Positions 52,101-64,000 of a stretch of DNA of 64,000 nucleotides are shown piece after piece. The stretch is taken from assembly GCF_044704955.1 (NCBI RefSeq), contig NC_091996.1, positions 72,974,001 to 73,038,000 of the forward strand, read 5' to 3'. Origin of the DNA: Pristiophorus japonicus. Lineage: Eukaryota. The translations under genes were made by a program, and so were the position numbers. Each line of letters starts with the position of its first letter. The first letter of the stretch is position 1. The notes under the pieces were generated by a model, which searched no databases, was not told the DNA's origin, and saw only the letters and a program-made list of their open reading frames with translations.

Positions 52101-53190
52101 CTCTGCCCTTCACTTTTACTATTCTCCTTTCTACCTTTTGCTTCTGCCCCCCTTCTATTTCCCTCTGTCTCCCAGCATAGGTTCCCATCCCCCTGCCATA
52201 TTAGTTTAACTCCTCCCCAACAGCACTAGCAAACACTCCCCCAAGGACATTGGTTCTGATCCTGCCCAGGTGCAGACCATCTGGTTTGTACTGGTCCCAC
52301 CTCCCCCAGAACCGGTTCCAATGTCCCAGGAATTTGAATCCCTCCCTTTTGCACCATTTCTCAAGCCACGTATTCATCTGAGTATCCTGCGATTCCTACT
52401 CTGACTAGCACGTGGCATTGGTAGCAATCCTGAGATTACTACTTTTGAGATGCTACTTTTTAATTTAACTCCTAGCTCCCTAAATTCGTCCCGTAGGACC
52501 TCATCCCATTTTTTACCTATATCGTTGGTACCTATATGCATCACAACAACTGGCTGTTCACCCTCCCTTTTCAGAATGTCCTGCACCCGCTCCGAGACAT
52601 CCTTGACCCTTGCACCAGGGAGGCAACATACCATCCTGGAGTCTCGGTTGCGGCCGCAGAAACGCCTATCTATTCCCCTTACAATTGAATCCCCTATCAC
52701 TATCGCTCTCCCACTCTTTTTCCTGCCCTCCTGTGCAGCAGAGCCACCCACAGTGCTATTAACTTGGCTGCTGTTGCTCTCCCCTGATGAGTCATCCCTC
52801 TCAAAAGTACCCAAAGCGGTGTATATGTTTTGCAGAGGGATGACTGCAGGGGACCCCTACACTACCTTCCCTGCACTGCTCTTCCTGTTAGTCTTCCATT
52901 CCCTATCTGGCTGTGGACCCTTAACCTGTGGTAAGACCAACTCACTAAACGTGCTATTCACCTCATTCTCAGCATCGTGCATGCTCCAGAGTGAATCCAC
53001 CCGCAGCTCCAGCTCCACAACGCAGTCCGTCATGAGCTGGAGGCGGACACACTTCCCGCACACATAGTCGCCAGGGACACCAGAAGTGTTCCTGACTTCC
53101 CACATAGTACAGGAGGAGCATAACATGTGTCCGAGCTCTCCTGCCATGACTTGACCCTTAGATACTCTTAAATTGGCAACAACAATGCTA
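49149..53190 (-). mobile_element. Near full-length degenerate CR1
   Basis: ORF1 MAGELGHMLCSSC..CGKC (ATG at 53147) and esterase GDSIVRG; ORF2 endonuclease and RT fragments; TTTCTATG tail. Confidence 0.93.
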
Positions 53191-53264
53191 AAAGTTAATT
53201 GCTGATATATGTAAGGACGGGAGAGTGGAGAGCACCAGTTCCAATTGTCGCAGGAGAGAGAGGC

Positions 53265-53590
53265 ACCATGGAGAAGGAGATTTACTCTGTGTCTAACCTT
53301 TGCTGTACCATGCCCTGGGAAGGTTTGATGGGACAGTATAGAGGGAGTTTTACTCTGCATCTAACCCGTGCTGTATCTAACCCATGCTGTGCCTGCCCTG
53401 GGAGCTTTTGATGGGACGGTGTAGAAGGAGCTTTACTCTGTACCTAACCCATGCTGTACCTGCCCTGGGAGTTTTTGATGGGACAGTGTAGAGGGTGCTT
53501 TACTCTGTATCTAACTTATGCTGTACCTGTCCTGTGAATGTTTGATGGGACAGTGTAGAAGGAGCTTTATTCTGTATCTAACCCGGCTTT
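53265..53590 (+). repeat. 67-bp minisatellite, same family as 4680-5035
   Basis: GGGACAGTGTAGA..CTTTACTCTGTATCTAAC units. Confidence 0.85.
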
Positions 53591-54580
53591 CCTGTAGCCT
53601 GGCCAGGTCCTATAAAAGTTTAATATAACCTCATTACTTTTGAATTCTATACACCTAGAAATAAATCACAATGCTTTAACATTTTTAATTGCTTTGCTGA
53701 CCTGCGATGCTGCTTTCAAATGATTTGTTCATCTGTATCTCCAGATCCTTTTGCTCTTTTATCCTTTTCAGTTTCCTATTTTCTAAGCTGTAGGTGATAT
53801 TTCTGTTTCTCCAACCAAAGTGCATCACCTCCCATTTATCTATGTTATAGTTCATTTGCCACTTAACTGCCGAGTCTGTAAGTTTTTAATATCTTCTTGT
53901 ATTATGTTGCATTCTTTCTCAGTGTTAGCTAAACGCTCTAGTTTGGTATCATCTGAAAATTGAGTTATTCCAAAGTCCAAATCATTATTTCAGGGGAAAA
54001 TGTTAAAATCTGTTGTTAGGGCCGTGGTAACAGGGCAGTTGGAAAATCATAATATGATTGGGCAGAGTCAACACGGATTTAGGAAAGGGAAATCATGTTT
54101 GACAAATCTAAAAGCTTTTCGAGATTGTAACTAGCAGGGTAGATAAGGGGGAACCAGTGGATGTAGAGTATTTGGATTTTCAAAAAGATTTCAATAAGGT
54201 GCCACACAAGAGGTTATTACACAAAATTTGAGCTCATGGGTTTGGGGGTAATATATTAGAATGGATTGAGGATTAGTTAACAGACAGAAAACAGAGAGCA
54301 GGAATAAACGTCATTTTCGGGTTGGCAGGCAGTAACTAGTGAGGTACCACAAGGACCAGTGCTGTGCCTCAGCTTTTTACAATCCATATCAATGACTTGG
54401 ATGAGGGGAGTGAGTGTAATGTATACACGTTTGCTGATGATACAATGTTAGGTGGGAAAGTATGCTGTGAGGAATACAAAAGAGCCTGCAAAAGGGATAT
54501 AGACAGGTTAAGTGAGTGGAGAAGTGTGAAGTTATCCACTTTGGTCAGAAAAATAAAAAATCTGAATGTGTTTTAAATGG
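53590..54580. mobile_element. Old CR1 RT fragments (minus strand 53590-53990, plus strand 53990-54580)
   Basis: [14 protein letters not shown] and FADD motifs. Confidence 0.7.
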
Positions 54581-56120
54581 TGGCCAGTTTATTTGGGGGT
54601 TAAAATCTCCCATGATTATTATTCTATGCCTGCTACTCACTCATAGATTTGCCTCCATTTTTCTTTCTCCAATTCCCTTCCACTATTTGGTGGTCTATAG
54701 TATACCCCTATTAGGGTGATGGATCCCTTCTTATCTTTTAACCCAATCTGTAACTACCTTACTGCTGGTTACATCCTTTATTTCTAACACCATTATGCTA
54801 TCTTTCACAAGTACAGCTACTCCACCTCCCCTCCTTCCTTCCCTTTCCTTCCTAAATGTGCAATATCCGGCATTATTTAGTTGCCAATCCTCTTCTCCAT
54901 GTAGCCATGTTTCAGTCATCCTATATCCGGATTCTCTCTACAAATTATTGCCTTCACTTCATCCATTTTGTTTTGAATACCTCGTGCATTGCTGTACAAC
55001 AGTTTAAATTGTTTTATTTATTATTCCTCTCTTTGTATTTAGTCGTTAGTATTTATGCTCTTTGACTTCATCTGATTTCTGGTCATTCATGTTATCCTTA
55101 TTCCTTCCTGTAGTTTGTTCTTTACTCTCTTTTCCTGATTCTTTTGTAAGGTTTCTTTCATTTCTAGCAGTTGTCTCCCCCCCACTCCATGTTATTGGTC
55201 TTATTTACAGCCCTAGTTCTCCTTTCCGCGAAGACATTGGTCCGAGCCCGGTTTGGGTCCCAGTGGTACAGCTCCCTCCTCTGCCAGTACTGGTGCCAGT
55301 GTCTAATGAAATGGAACCCTTCTTTCCCACACCACTCCTTTAACCATGTGTTGACTTTCCTAATCTGTTTGTCCCAATCCCAATTTGCACGTGGCTCGAG
55401 TAATAATGCTGAGATTATTATCCGTGATGTTGGAGTTAGCTCCTGACTCCTGAAACTCCCTTTGCAGTACCTCTTCCCTAACCATTCCTCTGTCGTTGGT
55501 TCTGACATGGAGAACAATAGCTGGAGCCTCCCCCTCCCTTTCCAGATTATTTTCCAGTCGTTTCGAGATGTACCTTACCCTGGCACTGGGCGGCAACACA
55601 CCCTTCAGGGCTCTCGATCGTAACTGCAAAGAAATACAATCTATCCTCCTAATGATAGAATCCCCTATAACTACAATCTTTCCTCTCTGCAACTCCTCCC
55701 CTTGGACTCCCCCCTGTTTCATGGTGCCTTTGGCAACACTCCGGCTGTCCTTCCCACTGTCTTTTTCCTGATCCCCACATGTATCGAGTACTTTATACCT
55801 ATTGGACAGGAGCAGAGTCTGTTGGACCTCCTTCACTACCTCTCCTATGTTCCCCATACCTGGTTGACTGACAGTCACACTCTCCCCTTCCTGCACCTGT
55901 GCTTTCTTCTGGTCTGTGACTGTACTCGAGTAAATTATTGAGTCATTCCTGCGCCTCCCTTTTATGTCGGAGTGTCTCCAGCTCGGATTTCAGCTCACCG
56001 ACTCTGAGCTGGGATGTCATGAGGCAGAGACATTTGCCACAGATGAGGCAGTGTGGGACAGTCTCGTTGTTCACAAACTCCAAGATACTACAATCCCGAC
56101 ACATTGCCTGGTCTTTACCA
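54580..56120 (-). mobile_element. Divergent CR1-like ORF1 and endonuclease remnant
   Basis: VIGDSIIR, WLKEWCGKEGF and TETWL..GGGVAVLVK motifs. Confidence 0.78.
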
Positions 56121-56407
56121 ATGAATGAATCATTTTATTTTGTTATCTGTAGTTTATTTCTTCAACTGTGGTTAATTAATTAGCTATTTATCACTTTTGA
56201 GCGTCTTTAAATGCAGTTAGAACGGAATCATTTACCTTGTTTTCCTTTGCCTTGCATGAATAAATCCTTACTAAGTCAAGCTTAACACTAACAACTAAAA
56301 AGAGACTAAACACACAAAGGTATATCGATATACTTATTTTAATTTGCTCGGGTTCCTCTCGGTGTGTTGAACATGATGTCATTTTTTTCTGTGTCATCCA
56401 GTGCGAT

Positions 56408-59400
56408 TAGAAACATAGAAAATAGGTGCAGGAGTAGGCCATTCGGGCCTTCGAGCCTGCACCACCATTCCATATGATCATGGCTCATCTTCCAACTTCA
56501 GTACCCCATTCCTGCTTTCTTTCCATACCCCTTGATCCCTTTAATTCCAGTGAATATAAACCTAGTCGATCCAGTCTTTCTTCATATGTCAGTCCTGTCA
56601 TCCCGGGAATCAGTCTGGTGAACCTTCGCTGCACTTCCTCAATAGCAAGAATGTCCTTCCTCAGATTAGGAGATCAAAACTGAACACAGTATTCAAGATG
56701 TGGCCTCACCAAGGCCCTGTACAACTGCAGTAAGACGTCCCTGTTCCTATACTCAAATCCTCTCGCTATGAAGGCCAACATGCCATTTGCCTTCTTCACT
56801 GCCTACTGTGCCTACATGCCAACTTTAAATGACTGATGTACCATGACATCCATGTCTCGTTGCACCTCCCCTTTTCCTAATCTGTCACCATTCAAATAAT
56901 ATTCTGCCCTCCTGTTTTTGCCACCATTTATCTACATTATACTGCTTCTGTCATGCATTTGCCCATTCACATAACCTGTCCATGTCACCCTGCAGCCTCC
57001 GAGCATCCTCCTCATAGCTCACACCGCTACCCAGTTTAGTGTCATCTGCAAACTTGGAGATATTACACTCAATTGCTTCATCTAAATCATTAATGTATAT
57101 TGTAAATAGCTGGGGTCCCAGCACTGAACCTTGCGGTACCCCACTCATCACTGTCTGCCATTCTGAAAAGAACCTGTTTATTCCTACTCATTGCTTCCTG
57201 TCTGCCAACCAGTTCTCTATCCATGTGCTTTAATTTTGCACACTAATCTCTTGTGTGGGACCTTGTCAAAAGCCTTTTGAAAGTCCAACACTGTCATGTA
57301 TCTTACGTTGTTATATATAACTGTATCCTAACATGCTATACATGACTGTAATAAGATATGACCTGTAACCACCAGCATACCTTACCACCAGGGGTGCAAT
57401 TGCAGGTATATAAGGGCAGGTCTCAGGCAAGTGCAGCATTCCAGAGCTGTGAAATAAAGGTGAACGTCCAGAGTGACCTTGACTTCACTACATGCCTCGT
57501 GTGAATCTGTACTGAGGGGACAGGACTTTACAGTGGCTATGGGTTACGGGATTACAGAATCCACAGAATGGCGAACGGATCAGATGAAAAGTACAATGCG
57601 GGAGACAATTGGGAGGACTTTATAGAAAGGCTCCAGCAAAGCTTTGTAACCAAAGACTGGTTAGGCGACCATAAGGCACAGACCAGGCACGGACAACTGT
57701 GCCGACGCGCTTAGCAGGCTATTCCTGGTGACCACGGAAGGGTCTGATGAACAGGACTGTGAGATAGTCATGGCAATCAATGCCTTTGAGTCCACAGGTT
57801 CGCCCATGATGGCTCGCCAAATCAGAGCCTGGACGGCCAGCGACCCCACATTATCCTTAGTAAAAAGATACGTCCTAACCAGTGACTGGGCAATGGCTCA
57901 TGATGCCTGCCCCAAGGAATAAAAACCCTTTCACAGGCGCATGCATGAGCTATCACTACAAGCAGACTGCCTGATGTGGGGCAGCTGAGTAGTCATGTCT
58001 CTGCGAGGCAGAGAGGCATTTGTCCGGGAGCTCCACCGCGAGCACCCGGGGATTGTTCTCATGCAGGCCATAGCCAGATCCCACGTCTGGTGGCCTGGTA
58101 TTGACGCGGACCTGGAACTCTGCGAACGAAGGTGCACCATTTGTGCCCAACTCAGCAATGCCCCCAGGGAGGCTCCACTGAGCCCCTGGCCTACCAAACC
58201 GTGGTCGCGGGTGCACGTAGACTATGCGGGCCCATTCATGGGCAAAATGTTCCTCGTAGTTGTAGATGCATTTTCAAAGTGGATCGAATGCACCATTTTA
58301 AACTCGAGCACAACCTCCACCACTGTGGAGAGCCTCGCAACCATGTTTGCAACGCACGGAATCCCTGACATATTGGTCAGTGACAATGATCCGTGCTTCA
58401 CCAGCACAGAATTCCAAGACTTTATAATTGACCACGGCATAAATCACGTCAAGACGGCACCGTTCAAGCCGGCCTCCAATGGCCAGGTGGAGAGAGCAGT
58501 GCAAATCATTAAACAAGGCATGCTTAAAATCCAAGGTCCCACGCTGCAGGGTCGCCTGTTGTGACTGCTGTTGGCATACAGATCTCATCCGCACTCACTG
58601 ACTGGGAGCCCCCCGTGCAATTGTTGATGAAAAGGACCTTAAAAACAAGGCTCTCATTAATCCTCCCAGACATGCACGAAATCGTTGAGGCAAAGCGCCA
58701 TAAGCTGACTGAGTACCATGACAGAAATTCAAGGGGGAGATGGAATGAGATAGGGGACAAAGTGTTTGTACTAAACTATGGCAGGGGTCCCAAATGGCTT
58801 GCAGGGACAGTAACAGGCAAGGAAGGAAACAGGCTACTGGGAGTACAAATGGACAATGGAAAAACCTGCCGGAGGCATGTAGACCAAGTCAAAAGCAGAT
58901 TTACCAACAACACTGCGGAACCAGAGGCAGACTACAATGTGGAACTCGCACCATACCTTGTGGACAGACAGAGGGAACAACCTGAGGAAAGGGCAATCCC
59001 AACAGACAGCCCAGGCGAGTCAACAGCAATCACACCAATCGAAACAGACAGCCCAGGCGAGATACCAGCAACCACACCCAAAGTAAAACAGACACCAAGG
59101 CAAACAACTGAACCACAACTCAGACGCTCCACGCGAGAGCGTAGACCGCCTGAGAGACTGAACCTATAAAGACAATAAGACCTTGGGGGAGGGTGATGTC
59201 ATGTATCTTACGTTATTATATATAACTGTATCCTAACATGCTATACATGACTGTAATAAGATATGACCTGTAACCACCAGCATACCTTACCACCAGGGGT
59301 GCACTTGCAAGAGACAGGTATAGAAGGGCAGGTCTCAGGCAAGTGCAGCATTCCAGAGCTGTGAAATAAAGGTGCAGGTCCAGAGTGACCTTGACTTCAC

Positions 59401-61727
59401 TACATGCCTCGTGTGAATCTGTACTGAGGGGACAGGACTTTACAAACACCACATCCACTGGTTATCCGTTATCCACTCTACTAGTTACATCCTCAAAAAA
59501 TTCTAGAAGATTTGTCAAGCATGATTTCACTTTCATAAATCCATGTTGACTCGGTCCGATCCTGTCACTGCTTTCCAAATGCACTGCTATTACATCTTTA
59601 ATAATTGATTCCAACCTTTTCCCCACTACCAGTCAGGCTAACCAGTCTATAATTCCATGTTTTCTCTCGCTCTCCTTTTTTAAAAAGTGGGGTTACTTTA
59701 GCTACCTTCTAATCCATAGGAACTAATCCAGAGTTGATAGACTGTTGGAAAATGATCACCAATGCATCCACTGTTTCTAGGGCCACTTCCTTAAGTACTG
59801 TGGGATACAGACTATCAGGCCCTGGGGATTTATCAGCCTTCAATCCCATCAATTTCCCTAACACAATTTCCTGACTAATAAGGATTTCCTTCAGTTCCTC
59901 CTTCTCACTAGACCCTCGGTCCCCTAGTATTTCCGGAAGGTTATTTGTGTGTTCCTTCGTGAAGATAGAACCAAAGTATTTGTTCAACTGGTCTGCCATT
60001 TCTTTGTTCCCCATTATAAATTCACCTGATTCTGACTGCAAGGGACATACATTTGTCTTCACTAATCTTTTTCTCTTCACATATCTATAGAAGCTTTTGC
60101 AGTCATGTTTTATGCTCCCTGCAAGCTTACCCTCATACTCTATTTTCCCCTTCCTAATTAAACCCTTTGTCCTCCTCTGCTGAATTCTAAATGTCTCCCA
60201 GTCCTCAGGTTTGCTGCTTTTTCTGGCCAATTTATATGCCTCTTCCTTGGATTTAACATTTTCCCTAATTTTCCTTGTTAGCCACGGTTGAGCCACCTTC
60301 CCCGTTTTATTTTTTATGCCAGACAGGGATGTACAATTGTTGAAGTTCATCCATGTGATCTTTAAATGTCTGCCACTGCCTATCCACCGTCAACCCTTTA
60401 AGTATCATTCGCCAGTCTATCCTTGCCAATTCACGTCTCTTACCATCAAAGTTACCTTTCTTTAAGTTCAGGACCCTAGTCTCTGACTTAACTCTGTCAC
60501 TTTCCATCTTAATGAAGAATTCTACCATTTTATGGTCACTCTTCCCCAAGGGACCTCGCACATCAAGATTGCTAATTAATCCTCTCTCATTACACAACAC
60601 CCAGTCTAGGATGGCCAGCTCTCTAGTTGGTTCCTCGACATATTGGTCTAGAAAACCATCCCTTATTCATTCCAGGAATTCCTCCTCCACTGTATTGCTA
60701 CCAGTTTGGTTAGCCCAATCTATATGTAGATTAAAGTCACCCATGATAACTGCTGTACCTTTATTGCACGCATCCCTAATGTCCTGTTTGATGCTATCCC
60801 CAACCTCACTACTACTCTTTGATGGTCTGTACACAACTCCCACTAGTGTTTTCTGCCCTTTGGTGTTCCGCAGCTCTAACCATACAGATTCCACATCATC
60901 CAAGCTAATGTTCTTCCTTACTATTGCATTAATCTCTTTAACCAGCAACGCTACCCCATCTCCTTTTCCTTTCTGTCTATCCTTCCTGAATATTGAATAC
61001 CCCTGGATGTTGACTTCCCAGCCTTGGCCACTCTGGAGCCATAATCCCAATTACATCATATCCGTTAACAGCTGTCTGCACAGTTAATTCGTCCACCTTA
61101 TTACGAATGCTCCTCGCATTGAGACACAGAGCCTTCAGGCTTGTTTTTTTAACACTCGTTGTCCTTTTAGAATTAAGTTGTAATGTGGCTTTTTTTTACT
61201 TTTGCCTTGGATTTCTCTGCCCTCCACTTTTATTTTTCTCCTTTAACCTTTTGCTTCTGCTCCCTTTTTACTTCCTTCTGTCTCCCTCCATAGATTCCCA
61301 TCCCCCTGCCATATTAGTTTAAACCCTCCCCAACAGCGCTAGCAAACACTCCGCCTAGGACATCGGTTCCAGTCCTGCCCAGGTGCAGAACGTCCGGTTT
61401 GTACTGGTCCCACCTCCCCCAGAACCAGTTCCAATGTCTCAGGAATTTGAATCCCTCCCGTGTGCACCACTCCTCAAGCCATGTATTCATCTTAGCTATC
61501 CTGCGATTCCGACTCTGACTAGCACGTGGTACTGGTAGCAATCCTGAGATTACTACCTTTGAGGTCCTACTTTTTAATTTCACTTCTAGCTCCCTAAATT
61601 CAGCCTAGAGGACGTCATCCCGTTTGTTATCTATATCGTTGGTACCGATATGCACCACAACAACTGGCTGATCACCCTCCCCCTCCAGAATGCCCTGCAG
61701 CCGCTCTGAGACATCCTTGATCCTTGC
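56408..61727 (-). mobile_element. CR1 LINE interrupted by a Gypsy element
   Basis: Tail at 56408; RT split within the VYLDFQK region; endonuclease and ORF1 esterase extend to about 61727. Confidence 0.9.
57292..59444 (+). mobile_element. Internally deleted Gypsy (Mag-like) LTR retrotransposon
   Basis: LTRs 57292-57532 and 59197-59444 (TG..CA); TSD AACAC; PPT GGGGGAGGGTGA; integrase HHCC and DDE motifs (HVDYAGP, SDN, NGQVER). Confidence 0.93.
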
Positions 61728-61879
61728 ATATACTTATTACTTATTATTTACTGTTGTTCCTTGGTTTAAATTACTGAGCACCTCCTTCTCCCTCAACATC
61801 CAATTTGCGCTCTGTTTAGCAAGCCACTCCGCGAAGAGGATTCTTCAGCTCTCTGCCACACAGCTCCTCCTATTCCCTT

Positions 61880-62330
61880 CTCTGTTCTCCTCTGCGCTCC
61901 CACGCACATCGGTGAACAAAATGGCGCCAGAGGTTACCCAGAATGCACCTCGCTCAGGAATCGCCTCTATCACCGCTGCAGGGGCCTGATGCGCAGGCGC
62001 GGAGAGGGCTCGGGGCGGTTCCCACGCGTGCGCAGTGCCGCCAGTCGGGTGATGTAGACGGAGGGCGGAGAGAAGCTTCCGGAGCGGGGAGGAGGCGGCA
62101 GAGCGCAGGGGAGCGATGGAACCAGCGGGGAGGCTTTATAAACACTCGCTGTGGGCCTCGGGCCCCGAACAATAATCTCCGGCTCCGGCCTTTGCCCCGA
62201 GCGGGGCCCCCGGGGGAGGGGCAGCTGCGGGGCTTTCTACCGGGGAACGGTCGCCATCTTGCTGGGGCAGGGGCAGCAGGGCGCATGCGCGGCCTTTCCC
62301 TGGGCCAGGAACCAGGAGGAGAGAATGTTG
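61880..62330 (+). promoter_or_regulatory. CpG-island promoter of the downstream ZNF
   Basis: YY1-like AAAATGGCG (about 61918) and GCCATCTT (about 62253); ETS-like CTTCCGG; TTATAAA near 62136; NRF1-type GCGCATGCGC at 62281-90. Confidence 0.7.
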
Positions 62331-62742
62331 TGAATTTCTATCCTGGACACACAGGGCTTTTGTAAAGTGCTGTTCCAGGCTGTGAGAAGGGCAGCATTTA
62401 CAGACCGCAAACTCAAACCCAACATCACATCCACATCTCACACAGTCACTCCATTCATCAGGGCCTGAATATCAGCGGCCTTTCAATGTGGAAGGAGAAA
62501 TGTTTGTCTCTTCTGTCTGTGGGAAAACATTTCAAACATCAGTGTGACTGGAAAAGCCCCGAGACACACACACCTGAGTGAGAGTGTTCCAGTGCACTGA
62601 CTGTGGAAAGAGCTTTCACCAGTTACAGAGCCTGAAAAAACATCACACCATTCACAGTGGGGAGAAACCGTACACGTGTTCTGTGTGTGGACAAGGCTTC
62701 AACTGATCGTCCAACCTGGAGAGACACAAGGACACCCCCACC

Positions 62743-64000
62743 ATGGAGAAACCGTGGAAATGTGAGGACTGTGGGAAGGGATGCAGTTACCCGTCTGAGC
62801 TGGAAACTCATCGACGCAGTCACACCGGGGAGAGGCCGTTCATCTGCTCCGTGTGTGGGAAAGGATTTACTCAGTCATCCAGCCTCTATACACATGAGCG
62901 AGTTCATACTGGAGAGAGGCTATTCACCTGCATTGCATGTGGGAAGGGATTTAATGCTTTATCAAACCTCCAGACACACCAGCAAGTTCACTCTGATAAG
63001 AGACCTTTTAAATGTTCTGACTGTGACAAGAACTTTAAAAGCACGAAGGATCTGCTGACACACCAACGCACTCACACTGGAGAGAGGCCATTCACCTGCT
63101 CCGAGTGTGGGAAGGGATTCACTCAGTCATCCCACCTACTGACACACCAAATTGTGCACTCTAATAACAAACCTTTTCAGTGTTCTGATTGTGAGAAGAG
63201 CTTTAAAAGTAAAAAGGATTTACTGACACACCAGCGCACTCACACCGGGGAGAGGCCGTTCACCTGCTCTGTGTGTGGGAAGGGATTCACTTGTTCATCC
63301 TACCTTCTCACACACCAACTTGTTCACACTGATAACAGGCCTTTTAAATGTTCTGACTGTGAGAAGAGCTTTAAAAGTAAACAGCACCTCCTGAAACACC
63401 ATCGCATTCACAATGGGGAGAGGCCGTTCACCTGCTCCGTGTGTGGGAAGGGATTCACCCGATCATCCCACTTGTTGAGACACCAACGGATTCACACTGG
63501 GGAGAGGCCATTCGTCTGCACTGAGTGTGGGAAGGGATTCACTGATTTATCCGACCGTCTGACACACCAGCGAATTCACAGCGGGGAGAGACCGTTCACC
63601 TGCTCTGTATGTGGGAAGGGATTCACTCAGACATCCCACCTGCTGACACACAAGCGAGTTCACACCGGAGAGAGACCGTTCACCTGCTCTGTGTGTGGGA
63701 AGGGATTCACTCAGACATCCCACCTGCTGACACACCAGCGAGTTCACTCTGATAAAAGACCTTTCAAATGTTATCACTGTGAGAAGAGCTTTAAAAGCAC
63801 AAATGCTCTGTTGAAACACCAACGCACTCACACTGGGGAGAGACCGTTCTCCTGCTCTGTGTGTGGGAAGAGATTCGCTGATTCATCCAACCTGCTGATT
63901 CATCAGCGAGTTCACACTGGGGAGCGACCATTCATCTGCTCTGTGTGTGGGAAGGGATTCACTCAGACATCCCACCTGCTGGCACACCAACATGTTCACA
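62743..64000 (+). CDS. C2H2 zinc-finger protein, at least 15 fingers, 3'-partial (MEKPW class)
   Basis: Manual translation from CCACC-ATG-G is stop-free to the window end (MEKPWKCEDCGKG...HQHVH). Confidence 0.9.
   Translation, partial: MEKPWKCEDCGKGCSYPSELETHRRSHTGERPFICSVCGKGFTQSSSLYTHERVHTGERLFTCIACGKGFNALSNLQTHQQVHSDKRPFKCSDCDKNFKSTKDLLTHQRTHTGERPFTCSECGKGFTQSSHLLTHQIVHSNNKPFQCSDCEKSFKSKKDLLTHQRTHTGERPFTCSVCGKGFTCSSYLLTHQLVHTDNRPFKCSDCEKSFKSKQHLLKHHRIHNGERPFTCSVCGKGFTRSSHLLRHQRIHTGERPFVCTECGKGFTDLSDRLTHQRIHSGERPFTCSVCGKGFTQTSHLLTHKRVHTGERPFTCSVCGKGFTQTSHLLTHQRVHSDKRPFKCYHCEKSFKSTNALLKHQRTHTGERPFSCSVCGKRFADSSNLLIHQRVHTGERPFICSVCGKGFTQTSHLLAHQHVH

Noticed and set aside
62545-62706. Selenocysteine or readthrough at the shared TGA codons
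   Set aside because: They fall at Arg (CGA-type) positions rather than Cys, the 43 kb paralog has a frameshift in the same region, and no SECIS was recognised.

Overview
Eukaryotic, repeat-dense vertebrate DNA; the repeat types suggest a cartilaginous fish (inference). The window is a cluster of effector-less C2H2 zinc-finger (ZNF) genes. Three have intact ORFs: 9589-10461(-), 42141-42899(-) and 62743->64000(+), the last missing from the ORF track because it runs off the window. At least six more are pseudogenes or fragments. They are embedded in many CR1 LINEs plus L2, RTE, Deu-domain SINEs, a PIF/Harbinger transposon, an internally deleted Gypsy element, a solo LTR and several minisatellites. 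A head-to-head ZNF pair was duplicated in inverted orientation (about 15.5-27.2 kb vs 43.0-46.6 kb), which supplies empty-site references. Main candidate for a new system: a Tx1-like non-LTR element with a fixed AAAAGAGT 3' end. It sits three times at the identical 14-bp site (TTCATGCACAAGGA) inside the CR1 RT region, in two separate CR1 copies, and a sister variant with a covarying 3' hairpin sits in a DeuSINE. All calls are by eye, without alignments or database searches; repeat boundaries are approximate unless TSDs are quoted.
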